Part shown: positions 42,401 to 55,484 of the stretch, piece after piece
Layout of the letters: the number at the start of each line of letters is the position of its first letter
Numbering within the stretch: position 1 is the first letter of the stretch
Assembly (NCBI GenBank): GCA_964016885.1
Contig: OZ024740.1
Location: 349,928,001 to 349,992,000, forward strand
Length of the DNA: 64,000 nucleotides
Source of the DNA: Eledone cirrhosa
Lineage: Eukaryota
Reading direction: 5' to 3'
Notes under the pieces: model-generated
The model's input: the letters and a program-made list of their open reading frames with translations, nothing else
What the model was told of the DNA's origin: nothing
Databases searched by the model: none
Program-made: the position numbers and the translations under genes

Positions 42401-44420
42401 TGTGCAATCCCGACCAGGTCCATACACCACAACCTCCACCTCATGCGATACATCATAGAGAGGGTGGGTAGTAAACCCGGCTTCGGTGGGGCTCTGATCA
42501 ACTTGGATCAGTCTAAGGCATTCGATAGGGTCGACCATCGATACTTGGAAGCGGTTCTCAAGGCGGCCGGTTTCGGTCCCGTGTTCAGAGGATGGATCGA
42601 GGCGATGCACACCAGCATCTGCTCGAGGGTCAAGGTGAACGGCTACCTATCGGAGCCGTTCGCAATCACGCGTTCCATTCGACAGGGATGCCCTCTCTCC
42701 TCCATTCTGTATATATTGACTCTAGAGCCACTACTGCGGAAATTGGAGCTGTTGCAGGGCATCCCCCTAGAACCGGGACTGCACAAAGCGGCGTCGGCTT
42801 ATGCCGACGACGTAACGGTAATGGTGTCGAGCACCTCGGAAATCGGGGTGATCGGCAACATACTGAAAGAATACGAAACGCTGACGGGAGCAAAACTAAA
42901 CCCAGACAAGTCTGTCGGTTTGCAACTCGGTACGTGGAGAGGCAAACCGATGACATCCGACAGCGTCGTTGGACGCTGGACGGACGGACCGGTGAAATTG
43001 CTCGGGGTCTGGTTCGGTCCAGATCTCCAGGTGGAGAAAAACTGGAACGAGGTCACGGCCAAGATGTTTGCACTCACTCAGAAGTGGGCAGAGTGCAAAC
43101 TGTCCTTGAAAGGTCGAGCGGAGGTGGCAAACACTTTCATAGCGTCCGTCATCTACTACCGCTTGACTGTCTTGCCTTGTCCCCGTGAACAGCTCGCCAA
43201 GATGGAACGCATGCTCTTCCAGTTTCTGTGGAAGAAGCAGGCTCCGCTGGTGAGGAGTTCCGTCTGCTGTCAGCACCCTTCCAACGGAGGGCTGGGAATG
43301 CCGTGGCTGATGATGCGCAAACATGCGTTGAGGCTGCGGCATCTCCAGGTATTCCTCACCGACCCCCAACCGGTGTGGGCACCGTTTGTGAGACAGGCTT
43401 TCCTACAGCTCGTCTCGCTAACGGAGCTGCAGTCCTGGGTGAAGAAAAGACCGAAAACGATGGGCGCCTGGCACATTGAATGCGCTCAGGCGCTCACAGT
43501 CCTCTGGCAAGCGGGCGCAGCAATCAGTGGAGACTCCACTTCGACATTCTATAGAGGGATTGTACGTTACAAGGGGGACGACGTGCTCGGAGAGACTCTG
43601 GGCGTCGAAGACGATGAGCTCACCAGTCTGTTTCGTAGGACTTTCCTCCCGGGACCTATGGACAACTTCCAGAGGTCCCTGGCCTGGCAGTGCTACCGAG
43701 GAGCTCTACCGGTTCGTGACAAGATCTACAGGCACGGACGCCCTGGCAGGGATCCTTCCAAGAGGACGTGTACAAGATGTGCGCAGGACATTGAAACAGT
43801 TCTGCACGCAATTGTACACTGCCCGGGCGTAAGCGACCTGTGGAACTATGCAGAACAACTGCTGTCGCGTATGGGACAAATCCAGTTGGCTGCCGAGTTC
43901 ATAGTAAGGATCAAACCGCCAGACTCTTTCAAAAACGAAAGAGAGGCGGTTTTCCTCTGTACGGTGGATATGGTGAAAGAAGTTATATGGTGGACGAGGT
44001 TGAGAGGACTGAGGACAGATGCCTTTCTCTCCGGACAACAATTGATTCCCTTCTTTAAGTATCACTTTAGAAGGAGAATCAGGGTGGAGAGAGAGGCACT
44101 GCACCCCAGTAAATTTACTGAAAGGTGGGTGAATGAAGCGAAAATGGCCCGAGTGATTGGGCCTTCTCTGTTTATAAGCCTGTAGGTTGAGGAAGAGAGC
44201 AAAAGGAAGAAAGGAGCACTTGCACAACACGCTCCTCGAGTTGAGGGTTGTTCTATCGACGGGGTATTAAACAACCCATTTGTGGCGCCTTCCCCCTATT
44301 GGGGATTTCGATTGTTGAAATTGTTTGTTTTTATATTTTTTACACGACTGTATGTAAAATCCCCGGCATGTCTTTGTATTGTCCCCTTTTTTTGTTGCGC
44401 CCTTGTGACTAATAAAGAAA
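39404..44420 (+). mobile_element. Tx1 copy B7, truncated in ORF1, intact ORF2
   Basis: ORF1 with CFRCGSTSHLKASC (one frameshift in the A-run near 39865), stop 40697; ORF2 40739-44185. Confidence 0.95.
40739..44185 (+). CDS. Intact Tx1 ORF2 (1148 aa), second family
   Basis: All APE, RT and CCHC motifs present. Confidence 0.95.
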   Translation: MAGLRVGTVNVRGLGMPWKKGQLLNDLRSHSMDVIAITESRIHNRQQLTPIFDDFEIYASLCQPGGGGGVAVMFRKNLDVGVQQVHLNPEGRLVVLDVNSIGGGALRLVAVYAPTGQSQSRPDFFKRLESFLGTSRSLLLVGDWNGILDARWDYVGACPSRAGCNSLKTLIGQFQLADRYRLDFPTAPQWTWVNHSGTSRSYLDRFFIRERDKDMLSCPRMHMVAYSDHKLVVCLVNRDRIHRQGPGYWKLNVSLPTRKAYSERISKLVKQQLTGAIVNNRWWYSLKKAIRIESIGYSRELALEKNRIERELVAKVEEALRSGNAARVLASRTALDQFFDAKHEGCVVRSKTRALGNEGTKAVSWARVAEAKSGNKSTIRSLKDQNGRVLLDPKQMCAAFQRHFARLFERNDGEPNGAMDFSSYLDGLPRLSNTDAEFCERPITDTEIRDALGRCGKRKSLGLDGLPYEFYIGMPDLYSGVLEAVYCNWQQNGRIPSSAGKGVVTLIRKDENKGDEMNNFRPITLLNTELKILAKVLATRLALVVENLVGKAQTCAIPTRSIHHNLHLMRYIIERVGSKPGFGGALINLDQSKAFDRVDHRYLEAVLKAAGFGPVFRGWIEAMHTSICSRVKVNGYLSEPFAITRSIRQGCPLSSILYILTLEPLLRKLELLQGIPLEPGLHKAASAYADDVTVMVSSTSEIGVIGNILKEYETLTGAKLNPDKSVGLQLGTWRGKPMTSDSVVGRWTDGPVKLLGVWFGPDLQVEKNWNEVTAKMFALTQKWAECKLSLKGRAEVANTFIASVIYYRLTVLPCPREQLAKMERMLFQFLWKKQAPLVRSSVCCQHPSNGGLGMPWLMMRKHALRLRHLQVFLTDPQPVWAPFVRQAFLQLVSLTELQSWVKKRPKTMGAWHIECAQALTVLWQAGAAISGDSTSTFYRGIVRYKGDDVLGETLGVEDDELTSLFRRTFLPGPMDNFQRSLAWQCYRGALPVRDKIYRHGRPGRDPSKRTCTRCAQDIETVLHAIVHCPGVSDLWNYAEQLLSRMGQIQLAAEFIVRIKPPDSFKNEREAVFLCTVDMVKEVIWWTRLRGLRTDAFLSGQQLIPFFKYHFRRRIRVEREALHPSKFTERWVNEAKMARVIGPSLFISL

Positions 44421-44422
44421 TA

Positions 44423-44518
<96 letters not shown>
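44421..44518 (+). repeat. (CTAT)n microsatellite
   Basis: Direct read. Confidence 0.98.
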
Positions 44519-47500
44519 CTCGTGATTGGTAGACGTGTATTACTTCGCTCCGGATTTTTTATGGATTATTGTACAAAAAAGTGTGAGTTTATTGTTGAAT
44601 TTGTTATTGTTTATTTTATCCCCTCGTTTGGGCCTTCAGGCGTTGGGTCAACTAATTTTCGCCCCTTTTTGAGGCGAAATTTTAATCTGAAAAATTTGTG
44701 TAGACTTGTTATTTAGTAATGGATCCCATTTCAACCTCTCACACTGTAGTGAGTGCCAAGCCCACTAAGAAAAGTGGTGGAGGGAAGGTAGGAGTACAAA
44801 GCTTGCAGCCTTCCCCCGCTCGCCTTATCGAAAAACGTTGTAAATATTGCAACCACGGAACCAAACCTGGTAAATAATACCAGCACCAACAACAAGAACA
44901 ATGACAATAACACCACAACCAACAACTGCAACAATAACAACACCAACACCAAGAAAAATATGAACAACATCAACAGCAACAAGAAAGACAACAACACCAA
45001 AACGTCGTTCGCACAAACTGTAAAAAAACAGAACTACACACTCCAATTGACATGACTAACGCAAAACAGCTACTCCAAGATGCAAACAATATGTAACTTT
45101 CTCCCCAGGTATTACGTAGAGAGACTGTCCTGAAAATTGTGGTTTTAAGAACAATATCAAACGCAACTAGAAAACCAGCTCAATTATCACAAAATGAAAT
45201 TGAGTTGGTTCTAAAAGATGCAATGAAGGACATAACCTTCATCCAAAGAGGAAAACTGTTTGGTAGCATTTCGGTGCTAATGAATGACCAACCAACAGCA
45301 CAAAAATACGCTGTATCACCCATTGTCCCCCCCCACCTTCACTTTTTTCCCCACCTACAGGGGAAAAAGGACACAAAAAGTAAAAATTATGGGTATCACA
45401 CCAAATGTAAATATTTGGTGTATACTATGTGGATTTATTGATTTTGATGAAGACAAAATAATCTCAGCAGGAAAGTCCTCCAGAGGTGTATTTAGTGGGA
45501 CTAGCGTAGAAGTTCTGGTTCAAATGAACCCAGAACGAATAGCTAAAATCCCACGACGCCTGCCTCTGGACGGGCTAACCTATATAAACATTTCAGTTGA
45601 GGGTAGGCGGCCGTCATGTTACCGTCATGTTTGCCGTTTTGCTGCGGACACACCTGGACCTCGTAACACAGACGTTACATCTGGACCCAGAGGGTCGACT
45701 AGTGGTCCTAGACGTCGACAGCAGTGAAGGTGGAGCCTTCAGACTGGTGGCCGTATATGCCCCTCCGGGACATCGCGGCCAGACTTCTTCAAACGTCTGG
45801 AGACTTTTCTGGGAACGTCCCGCTCCTTGCTTTTAGTGGGGGACTGGTATGGAATCCTGGATGCACGTTGGGACTATGTAGGGGCATGTCCCGATAGAGG
45901 GGGGTGTAACAGCCTCAAACAGTTAATCGGACTATTTGAACTGGCCGATAGATACCGACTAGATTTTCCGACTGTGCCAATGTGGATGTGGACCAACCGC
46001 AGCGAAACATCTAGATCGTACCTAGATAGGTTTCTAGTTAGAAATAAGGATAGGGAGATGTTAAGCTGTCCACAAATGTTCATGGTTGACTATTCAGATC
46101 ACAAATTAGTGACCTACTTAATAAACCTTGATAGAAGCCATAGACAGGGACGCGGCTACTGGAAGCTGAACTTGCCGTTACCAACAAGCAAAGCGTACAG
46201 TAGTCGAATTAGCACATCAAATCTCCGGGTCTTGGTGGTCTACCATACGAACTTTACGGACTTGTTCTCCGAGGCGGTCTACTGCAACTGGCAACAGAAC
46301 GGGAGAATTCCCAGTGCTGTGACTAAGGGCGTAGTCACGCTAGTGAGGAAGGACGAAAACAAGGGGACCACATAGGTAACTTCATCCCCATAACTCTGCT
46401 ATATGCAGAGTTAAAGATTTTGGCCAAGGTGTTAGCGAAGAGGTTGGCGCTTGTCGTCGGGAACCTGGTGGGAGAAGCGCAGACATGCGCAATCCCGTCC
46501 AGGTCCACACACGACAACCTCCACCTCATGCGATACATCGTAGAGAGGGTAGGGTGTGAAACCGGCTTCGGTGGGGCCCTGATCAACTTGGATCAATCTA
46601 AGGCGTTCGATAGGGTCGACCATCGTTACCTGGATGCGGTGCTCGCAGCAGCAGGCTTCTGAAACCGTTTTCAGGGCTGGATTGCTGCTATGCACAGCAT
46701 CAACATCTGCCCAAGGGTCAAGGTGAACGGGTACCTCTCGGAGCCGTTCCAAATCACGCGATCCATCCGAAAGGGATGCCCTCTCTCCTTTCTGTATGTA
46801 CTGGCTCTCAAGCCACTACTGCGGAAGTTGGAGCTATTGCAGGGCATCCGTTTGGAACCGGGATTGCGGAAAGCGGTGTCGGCCTACGCCGACGACGTGA
46901 CAGTAATGGTGTCGAGCGCCTCGCAAGTCGGGTAGATCGGCACCTTACTAGAGGAATACGAAAGGTTTACAGGAACCAAGCAAAACCAGGACAAGTCGGT
47001 CGGTTTGCATCTCGGAACGTATAGAGGCAAACCGATGCCCTCCGATGGCGTCGTCGGGCGCTGGACGGAAGGACCGTTGAAACTGCTCGGGGTCTGGTTC
47101 GGACCAGACCTCCAGGTAGAGAAAAACTGGAACGAAGTAACGGCCAAGGTGTTTGCACTCACCCATAAGTGGGCCGAGTGCAAACTATCCCTGAAAGGTC
47201 GAGCGGAGGTGGCGAACGCTTATATAGCGTCCGTCATCTACTACCGCTTGACCGTCGTGCCTTGTCCAGCGAAAACGCTCAGCAAAATAGAGCGCGCGCT
47301 CTTCCAATTCCTCTGAAAGAAGCGGGCCCCTTTGATGAGAAGATCCATCTGCTGTCAACACCTGCCAAACGGTGGGCTGGGGATGCCGTAGCTGACGATG
47401 CGTAAACACGCACAAAGGCTACGGCACCTCCAGGTATTCCTCACCGGTCAACCGGTGTGGGCCCCGTTTGTGAGGCGCGCCTTTCCACGACTCGTCTCGC

Positions 47501-48303
47501 TGACCGAACTGCAGTCCTGGGTCAAGCAAAGACCGAGAAAAGTTGGTGCCTGGCACATTGAATGTGCCTAGGCGCTCACGGCCCTCTGGCAAGCGGACCC
47601 GGAAATCAATGGAGACTCCACCTCGACATTCTATGGAGAGTTGGTTCGCAGCAAGTGCGACGACGCGCTGGGAGAAACTCTGGGCATGGAGGAGGACGAA
47701 CTAGCGAGTCTGTTCGGTAGGACGTTCGGCCTGGGACCGATGGACAACTTCCAAAAGTCCCTGGCTTCACAGTGCTACCGAGGAGCTCTACCCATTCGGG
47801 ACAAACTCTACAGACACGGGCGCCCGGGCAGGAACCCTTCGAAAAAGATCTGTCCGAGATGCGTGCACGACGAGGAAACCGTCGCGCACGCATTCGTATA
47901 CTGCCAGGGCGTTACCGACCTGTGGGGCTATGTAGAACGACTATTGTTACGGGTGGGCCAATCCAGTTGACGACAGAGTCCATTGTCATGATTAAACCGC
48001 CACCCTCCTTAAAAAACGGAGAGGCGGTCTTCCTCTGTGTTGTGGCTATGGCGAAAGAGGTTATATGGTGGGTAGGTTGAGGAAGGGGAGAAAGAAGAGA
48101 GGAAGGGAGCACTTGCTCTTCGTGTTCCTGAAGAGGAGGGTTGCACAGTTTTTCGGGGGTGTGTGTTAACGCCACCTCCCTATTGAGGATATCGATTGTT
48201 TGTATTTAATTGTTATTACCTGTTTCTTCGATTTTTTATATATGTAAACTCCCACCTTTGTATTTGTCCCCATTTTTTGCGCTCTCGTAGCGAATAAAGA
48301 AAC
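44519..48303 (+). mobile_element. Tx1 copy B8: 5' end present, internally deleted and decayed
   Basis: 5' motif GACGTGTATTACTTCGC shared with B4; deletions near 45625, 46215-46265 and 48070; many stops. Confidence 0.9.
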
Positions 48304-48795
48304 CTATCTATCTATCTTTAATTCATTCTTCCTCTTATATTGTGCCTGTCTATCCTGCCTTCGTTCTAATTATTTCTTTCCACTCTATTCAGCAAATTAT
48401 CTCATTCATAGTTATTTTAGATTTATTTTTATTTAAATTTTATTACTGTAAAATAATTTTAGACTTTTTGACTGACTCAGAGAAAGCTCTCCAAGTTTTC
48501 GATAAATATTTTACTTCTGGTGAGCGTCGGATATTTTGTATTGATTTACTGAATTTCGTTGTTGCTATTACTTCTGTTGTTATTGTTGCTGTTGTTTTCG
48601 TTAGTATTTACGTTGTTGATGTTGTCGTCATTACTGTTGCTGTTGTTGTTAGTGTTGACGTTGTCATCCTTGTCGTTGTTGAAGTTATTGTTGTTTATCC
48701 TCACAGCAATCCTCAATTGAGCAAACAGACCATTGATCAAAAGCATTCCAGCATGACCATACTGACTTTTATAGTGATATCTAGGACTATATTTG

Positions 48796-49182
48796 TAATG
48801 GTTTCTGATTACAAGGCCAGCAATTTTGTGGCAGGGGAAAGTCGATTAAATCGACCCCAGCGCGTGACTCGTACTTTATTTAATCGAACCCTCATTGGTA
48901 GTTGAACTCGGAACGTAAAGGGCCATAACTCTATGCTACGAAGCATGGTGTCCGACGTTCTACCGATTCTGCAAATCCGCCGCATTTTAAGACTATATTT
49001 ATAATTGTTTCTACTTTAGGCACAAGGCCAGCAATTACCCAGTGCATTACTGGTACTTTATTTTATCGACCCTGTAAGGATGAAAGGCAAAGTCAACCTC
49101 GGCGGGATTTGAACTCAGATCGTAAAGGGACGTAACTATGCTGGAAAGCATGGTGTCCGACCCTCTACCGATACTGCCAAAT
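48796..49182 (-). mobile_element. Two tandem SINEs (48796-48985 diverged; 49002-49182 young)
   Basis: Match to the SINE consensus. Confidence 0.85.
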
Positions 49183-50523
49183 TTATAATGGAGCTCTGTG
49201 TGAGTTGAGGGAGGCTTGGCTGCTATTACAGATCTAGCGACCATATAAAGCCATTTTATTTGGCTGTGTTGATGGTGGAGGGGAGCAGTTACTGTGGAAT
49301 ATATCTTACTTTCCAAGATTAACTTTTTAGACGTCTGGCGAGAAAAAAGACAATGCCCTTTTCAAGGAAAGTCTACGGGTTTTCTTGTTTAACTCCCAGA
49401 TCCGACACGATTAGGCAAATCTGAGATAAAAATCAACTTCGATCTTTATTTACGGATGAGAGAGTGTAATTTGGGGGAGGCTTAGCTACTATTTTGAGCA
49501 GGTTAAGCGACCCTGTAGAATCACTCTCATTGGCTCGTTTATTTGACGCTTTGTATGATCAATGACATTATAGCTGCTACCATCACATCTTTTTATTGCT
49601 ATCGATGTCTTCATTATCTATACCGTGCTTCGTTTTTATATGACGATGGGTGTGGTGGAGGGGATTTAGTTGCCATTACTAACAGGTAAATTACTCCGTA
49701 GAAATTTCCTCGTAACATGATATTGGCCATTACGGTATTTAATGATAGCTGACAAGGCGAATAAAATTTTTAGAAAAGCCAACACCCGTTGTTGTTTCTC
49801 CACAAGTGCATTCTAAACTGCTGACGTATAATAAAAGGCGTTCCAAGCAGTGACCATCTTGTCTTTTTGTATATCTGGTACTACATTATTCAATACACCA
49901 TTCAATATTTTAAGACAGCAATGTATAATTTAAAAAAAATGTGGTTGTTCTTTTTTACATTGCAGGCTGGCCACACTACTAACTTTTTATGAATTTCTTG
50001 CCGATGTTTACATTTTTTGCCAATATACATCGATATATATTCATTTCAAAATTAACTAGTCCACCTTGAAGGCGAATGTCGTTTTAACGATAACTTTGTC
50101 ATCAATTTCCTTTTATATTTAATACATAGACTAACAAACCATACTCATACACAACGCTTATTCAGTCAGAAACATACACCTTCATGAAGTATGTATAGAC
50201 CCACCCACCTGTATATACGGCGATACACACAAAAGAATAAAAACAACACACACATTCACATGTCCCCCCTTACTATTTTTTATTTAAAAAAAATTTTTTT
50301 TCTTATCTTTCTACTTGTACGCTCCTGACGCAGGGCTAAAATCTATACTTATTGCTTACACACTTCACAACTATAAATATTACCATTTTCTACATAAACT
50401 TTATAAAACTTTTTGCATAAATATCTTTGCCTATAACTAATATATCTTATAATGCTTATAGTATATAACACCTATATGTATGCTATCACTACACAATTGT
50501 CTTACTTTATTGCATGCTCTCTG

Positions 50524-50712
50524 CTGGATTGGCAGTATCGGTAGAGGGTCGGACGCCATGCTTTACACCAAAGAGTTACGTCCCTTTATGATCTGAGTTC
50601 AAATCCCGCCGAGGTTAACTTTGCCTTTCATCCTTACGGGGTCGATAAAACAAAGTACCGGTAATGCACTGGGATAATTGTTGGCCTTGTGCCAAAAGTA
50701 GAAACAATTATT
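50524..50712 (+). mobile_element. tRNA-derived SINE
   Basis: A-box TGGCAGTATCGG, B-box GAGTTCAAATCCC, standard tail. Confidence 0.9.
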
Positions 50713-50961
50713 TATATTCTTGGTATGTTATTCTTGATAAAAGTAACATTCCTTGCATATATCATATACATTCAAAACAGCTTCTCTTTATAATACTTTT
50801 CAATACTTTACTACCACCTTTTCATTATAATGTTCTTTCGCTCTTACTCTACAATATATTGTAACTTACACTAATAATTATAATTAGTCTTCTCAAATAT
50901 AATGTATCTTAATGAATGTTCTAAAGATTTGGAATTTATTTATTTGTTTTAACATTGTATA

Positions 50962-51008
50962 TGCTCCGATGATTTTAGACATATGTTTGGAAGAAACGAT
51001 CGTTAGCA
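50962..51008 (+). ncRNA. Type I hammerhead ribozyme, U4C core variant
   Basis: UGCU-CCGAUGA-UUUUAGAC-AUAU-GUUUGGAA-GAAAC-GAUC-GUU^AGCA; palindromic AACGAUCGUU. Confidence 0.75.
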
Positions 51009-51489
51009 ATTAAATGCATTAAACAAAAAATTTGATTGTTGAAAATCTGATATTTTACATTGAGCTAATTTTCTTACTGGTAATCAGGTAACACACAATA
51101 TTACCCTTATCTTATTTATAATTGTATACATATATTATATATATAAGTATATATATATATACATATGGGTTTGTGTGTGTGTGTGTGTGTGTGTGTTTGT
51201 GTTTATGTGTGTACACTTATAAAACAATGCATTGAGTTGCGCCCATTTACGCCAAACTCTAACCTACTCAACAGTTTACCTGAGTAATAGTTGCGTAATG
51301 CTTATTGCAGGACCTAGCTGATGGATTCAATATGAGTGACGAGAGAAGGAAGCAAAGAGGATGACAGAACATGTATGCTCAAAATGAGCCGAGAGAAAAC
51401 TATTGCTGATTTCTGAAAGATCAAATGGAATTGGCAAATGCTTATACTATTTTGATTCTGTACTATGTACTGCTGGCTGGTCACGAAAA

Positions 51490-51559
51490 ATATTTGACTT
51501 GGCTAGAACACCTAGCCTTTCTCTACGTTCGGTATTGCAGGTTCCTTTCGTCAGAATAC
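51490..51559 (-). ncRNA. Decayed hammerhead-like motif
   Basis: GUAUU-CUGACGA...CCGAAC...GGCUAG/CUAGCC hairpin...GUC-AAAUAU; core spacing imperfect. Confidence 0.35.
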
Positions 51560-51576
51560 TTGTCGGCTGCTTACTC

Positions 51577-51665
51577 TTGCCTAAGGTGCCTTCCTATGAG
51601 GATTAAACACGAAGCCACATAATTGCGAACCGAACTTCTAAACCACGTAGCTATGCCTGCACCTA
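51577..51665 (-). mobile_element. Diverged head of a second tRNA-derived SINE family
   Basis: Reverse complement AGGTGCAGGCATAGCTACGTGGTTTAGAAGTTCG...GTGTTTAATCC...GGCACCTTAGGCAAG resembles a tRNA head with A/B boxes. Confidence 0.5.
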
Positions 51666-52125
51666 AGCCTTTCGTACATGGATGATGTATTTGGCATGTC
51701 TGAAAATCTCAGGTAAAATTAATGAACGTTTAAACTAAATAGAAAAAAAATAACAATAACTAACAAACAGATAATCTCTCTTCTTAAATTGTCACACGAC
51801 GAAAAACAACAACAACAACTGCTGTAATTACAGACTCCTATTATGGATATGAAGTAGAATGTTCTAGTTTTGTGTTTAAAAGAAAGAAAATTTAATAAAA
51901 TGTCGCTTCGAATTATCGTCTGCCACCAGAACAATACCTAACGCCGTTATGCTTTTTGCTGATTCAGCGAAAATTTAGAAGCTGAAATAACTAGAGTAAT
52001 ATAATATAAAAACAAAAAATAAACTTCTATTTAACAATAACTATCCTAATTATCTAATCGATACAGACACAAACACGCATGCATACACGCACGCATAATA
52101 TATATATGATTTATTACTGTGTATG

Positions 52126-52210
<85 letters not shown>

Positions 52211-52218
52211 ATTTATAC

Positions 52219-52271
<53 letters not shown>

Positions 52272-52278
<7 letters not shown>

Positions 52279-52416
52279 TAGAAATTATAAGCTTTCACCG
52301 TATTTTAGACTAAAGAAATACTAAAATACGGTGAAAGCTTATAATTTCTAATTTCTAATTTCAAACTCGCACACCGTTTCAAAAACATACTTACATGTTT
52401 ACGTTTATAATTTGCT

Positions 52417-52418
<2 letters not shown>
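52272..52418. repeat. Fold-back insert in (TA)n, related to 60552-60757
   Basis: About 37-bp inverted repeat, 52272-52308 vs 52321-52357. Confidence 0.85.
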
Positions 52419-52499
<81 letters not shown>

Positions 52500-52543
52500 A
52501 AGTTAAATAAAAGTCAAATGATTAAAATTTAGCTTCGTTTATT

Positions 52544-52598
52544 ACTGCTATATATATTTCAGTGACAGCCATCTTTGGCCGTGACCTCTTCAGGCAGT
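52544..52598 (-). ncRNA. Type I hammerhead ribozyme (left arm)
   Basis: ACUGC-CUGAAGA-GGU-C-ACGGCCA-AAGA-UGGCUGU-C-ACU-GAAAU-AUAU-AUA^GCAGU. Confidence 0.88.
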
Positions 52599-52753
52599 TT
52601 GAATTAGTATGGTATAGACAAGTACATATGTTGTTTAGGTGTATAATATTGTCAATACTCTGATATGCCCAACAAGGAACTGGGCATATCAGAGTATTGA
52701 CAATATTATACACCTAAACAACATATGTACTTGTCTATACCATACTAATTCAA

Positions 52754-52808
52754 ACTGCCTGAAGAGGTCACAGCCAAAGATGGCTGTCACTGAAATATAT
52801 ATAGCAGT
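52754..52808 (+). ncRNA. Type I hammerhead ribozyme (right arm)
   Basis: ACUGC-CUGAAGA-GGU-C-ACAGCCA-AAGA-UGGCUGU-C-ACU-GAAAU-AUAU-AUA^GCAGU. Confidence 0.88.
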
Positions 52809-52853
52809 AATAAACGAAGCTAAATTTTAATCATTTGACTTATATTTAACTTT

Positions 52854-52953
<100 letters not shown>

Positions 52954-53104
52954 CATATATATATATACATACATACATATATATATATTATATATATATA
53001 TATATTATATATATATATATATATACCTTTTTAATGATAGAAATTGCCAATACCTACAATAGATCTAACAACATAAAAGCAACGACATTAGTACTACCGA
53101 TAAT

Positions 53105-53910
53105 GAATCACACACACATACACGGTCTCATGCACCCATGAACACACTCACATAAGCTCATACTCGCATACACACAGTCATATACCTACACACACTCATA
53201 CACTTACACATTGGCATTCACACCCTCATACAGATAAACACTGACACAATAACAGAAACACACACAAACACATACTCTCTCACACACAATAGCACACACA
53301 TACACTCACATCCAGTCCAGCACGTACCTACTCACATGTTCATAATACACGCACATACAATTAAATAAACATATTCACACATTCGAACTCTCATTTTCAC
53401 ACGTAAATTCACACAAAATCACATATTCACATACATACTAACAGATGTATACTCATATACACATACATGCACACAATCACATGCATTCACGCACACACTC
53501 ATTCACACATGCGTACTCTTTCAAACACATACTCGCACTCACATATAAACCTACGCACATGCACATACATTTACACATGTACGCACATATATTCATGTAC
53601 ACATACAGAGGCAAACAGTCATATACATGCTTGCTCAAACACATGCATACATTCATACACAATGTCACATACGCTCACACATACACTTACACACACTCTC
53701 ACATACACACATTCATAAGCATTCAGGTACTGACATATACTCACATTCACACACTTGTATTCACGCTGTTAGATATAAACACGGATTCACAACTACAAAG
53801 ATACACACTCGTTTTCACGCACAGTTACTCATACACACATGCACACAGTCATGCACACACTCTAACACATTAAAGTACACACACAGACACACACACACAC
53901 TCTCACATGC
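53105..53910. repeat. Degenerate CA-rich low-complexity region
   Basis: Direct read. Confidence 0.85.
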
Positions 53911-54751
53911 ATAGATATAAATAATGGCCGCATGTTCAGAAAGTTTCTTGCAGATTTATTGTAATGAATGTAGAAGTTGGCGTTTTGTTTAATACTTATT
54001 GCAGTTGTTTTGTTTGCAATTTTTCAATTCTGTTCTTGTGGAACACACACACACACACACGCACACACACACACACACATATATATTCTACATTCTATAT
54101 GTATATATATATATATATATATTATATATATTTTCTGGGCGGTGTAGGGGTGGGTGTTATTGTAACTTTATTCCTAGCAAGCTAAAATCATTAAGTTTAT
54201 GAATTCTCTCTTTACAACGTTGTTAATTTAATTTAATCAAAATTTCTTAGCTCACAACATGAAGTATATTAAAGCCAACTTTACTATTTGTTTTCATGCT
54301 GCAAACGTCTCTGGCTCTTTTTCCCTTTTCATGCTGTCTGATCGTTCTTTTAAGTTGTCACGCCAATCAGTGTTCATTCATTAAGCATAGATGCCGTTAT
54401 GGGTAGACTTTAGACGCTCTCAGACCCCAACCGCTGAAATGCCGCTTCAGCACCGGCCACTTCTTGCGATATGACACTCTCAAGTTTAGCAAAAGGCTGG
54501 ATGGCTGGCATCACAATTTTCAATATGGAATGTGACCTGCAGCGTATCTCTTCCAGCGACAACCTGGGAAAGTCAGCATCAGACCCAAGCTCTGTTGCCT
54601 GACAGTCTGAAAGTCGCAAGCTAACAAATTACCGATAGCTCTCCAACAGCTTTATCATCGAATTCATAGACCACCTCCCTACTTACTGCGATCAGTGGAC
54701 TGTGTAAATTTTAAAGAGTTGCAGATAGGGATATGGCGTATTATTATGGTT

Positions 54752-55001
54752 AGTAATGTACTGGGTAATTGCTGGCCTTGTGCCAAAAGTAGAAACAATT
54801 ATTATAGTTGGTGGTGAATTGGCAGTATCAGTAGAGGGTCGGACGCCATGCTTCCCAGCATAGTTACGTCCCTTTACGATCTGAGTTCAAATCCCGCCGA
54901 GGTTGACTTTGCCTTTCATCCTTACGAAGTAGATAGAATAAAGTACCAGTAATGCACTGAGATAATTGCTGGCCTTGTGCCCAAAATAGAAACAATTATT
55001 A
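54752..55001 (+). mobile_element. SINE 3' fragment (54752-54803) plus full SINE (54808-55001)
   Basis: Match to the SINE consensus. Confidence 0.88.
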
Positions 55002-55370
55002 TAGTTGATTCCCACATGTAAATATATATACACAGGCAGGAGCATGTACATAGATAAGAGCCCGTATACACATTATACACCCACTTACGAACATACTCAT
55101 ATATAGATTATCATCTGAATGAGTAGAAACGTTTTGAGCAACTCAGTGTAGTGGTTAACGCAATCACCTGGAGCTTATAAAACTCTACGCATTGAGGCCT
55201 AATATTTGTCCTGCCTATCATCACTATTTGGTATTTGAATAGACGCACACACTTGCACACACACATACACACAACACATGCGCAGAAACAGACACACATA
55301 CATACATAAGTATATAAAGCCACACCCATATATTGTATAATGCGTGTGTATGTATCGAATATCTAAACTC

Positions 55371-55484
<114 letters not shown>

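Noticed and set aside
49190-49960. Three weakly similar GGAGGCTTGGCTGCTATT-like segments
   Set aside because: Probably old dispersed repeats; boundaries not definable by eye
54380-54740. GC-richer island, possible host exon
   Set aside because: No convincing ORF, splice pair or motif
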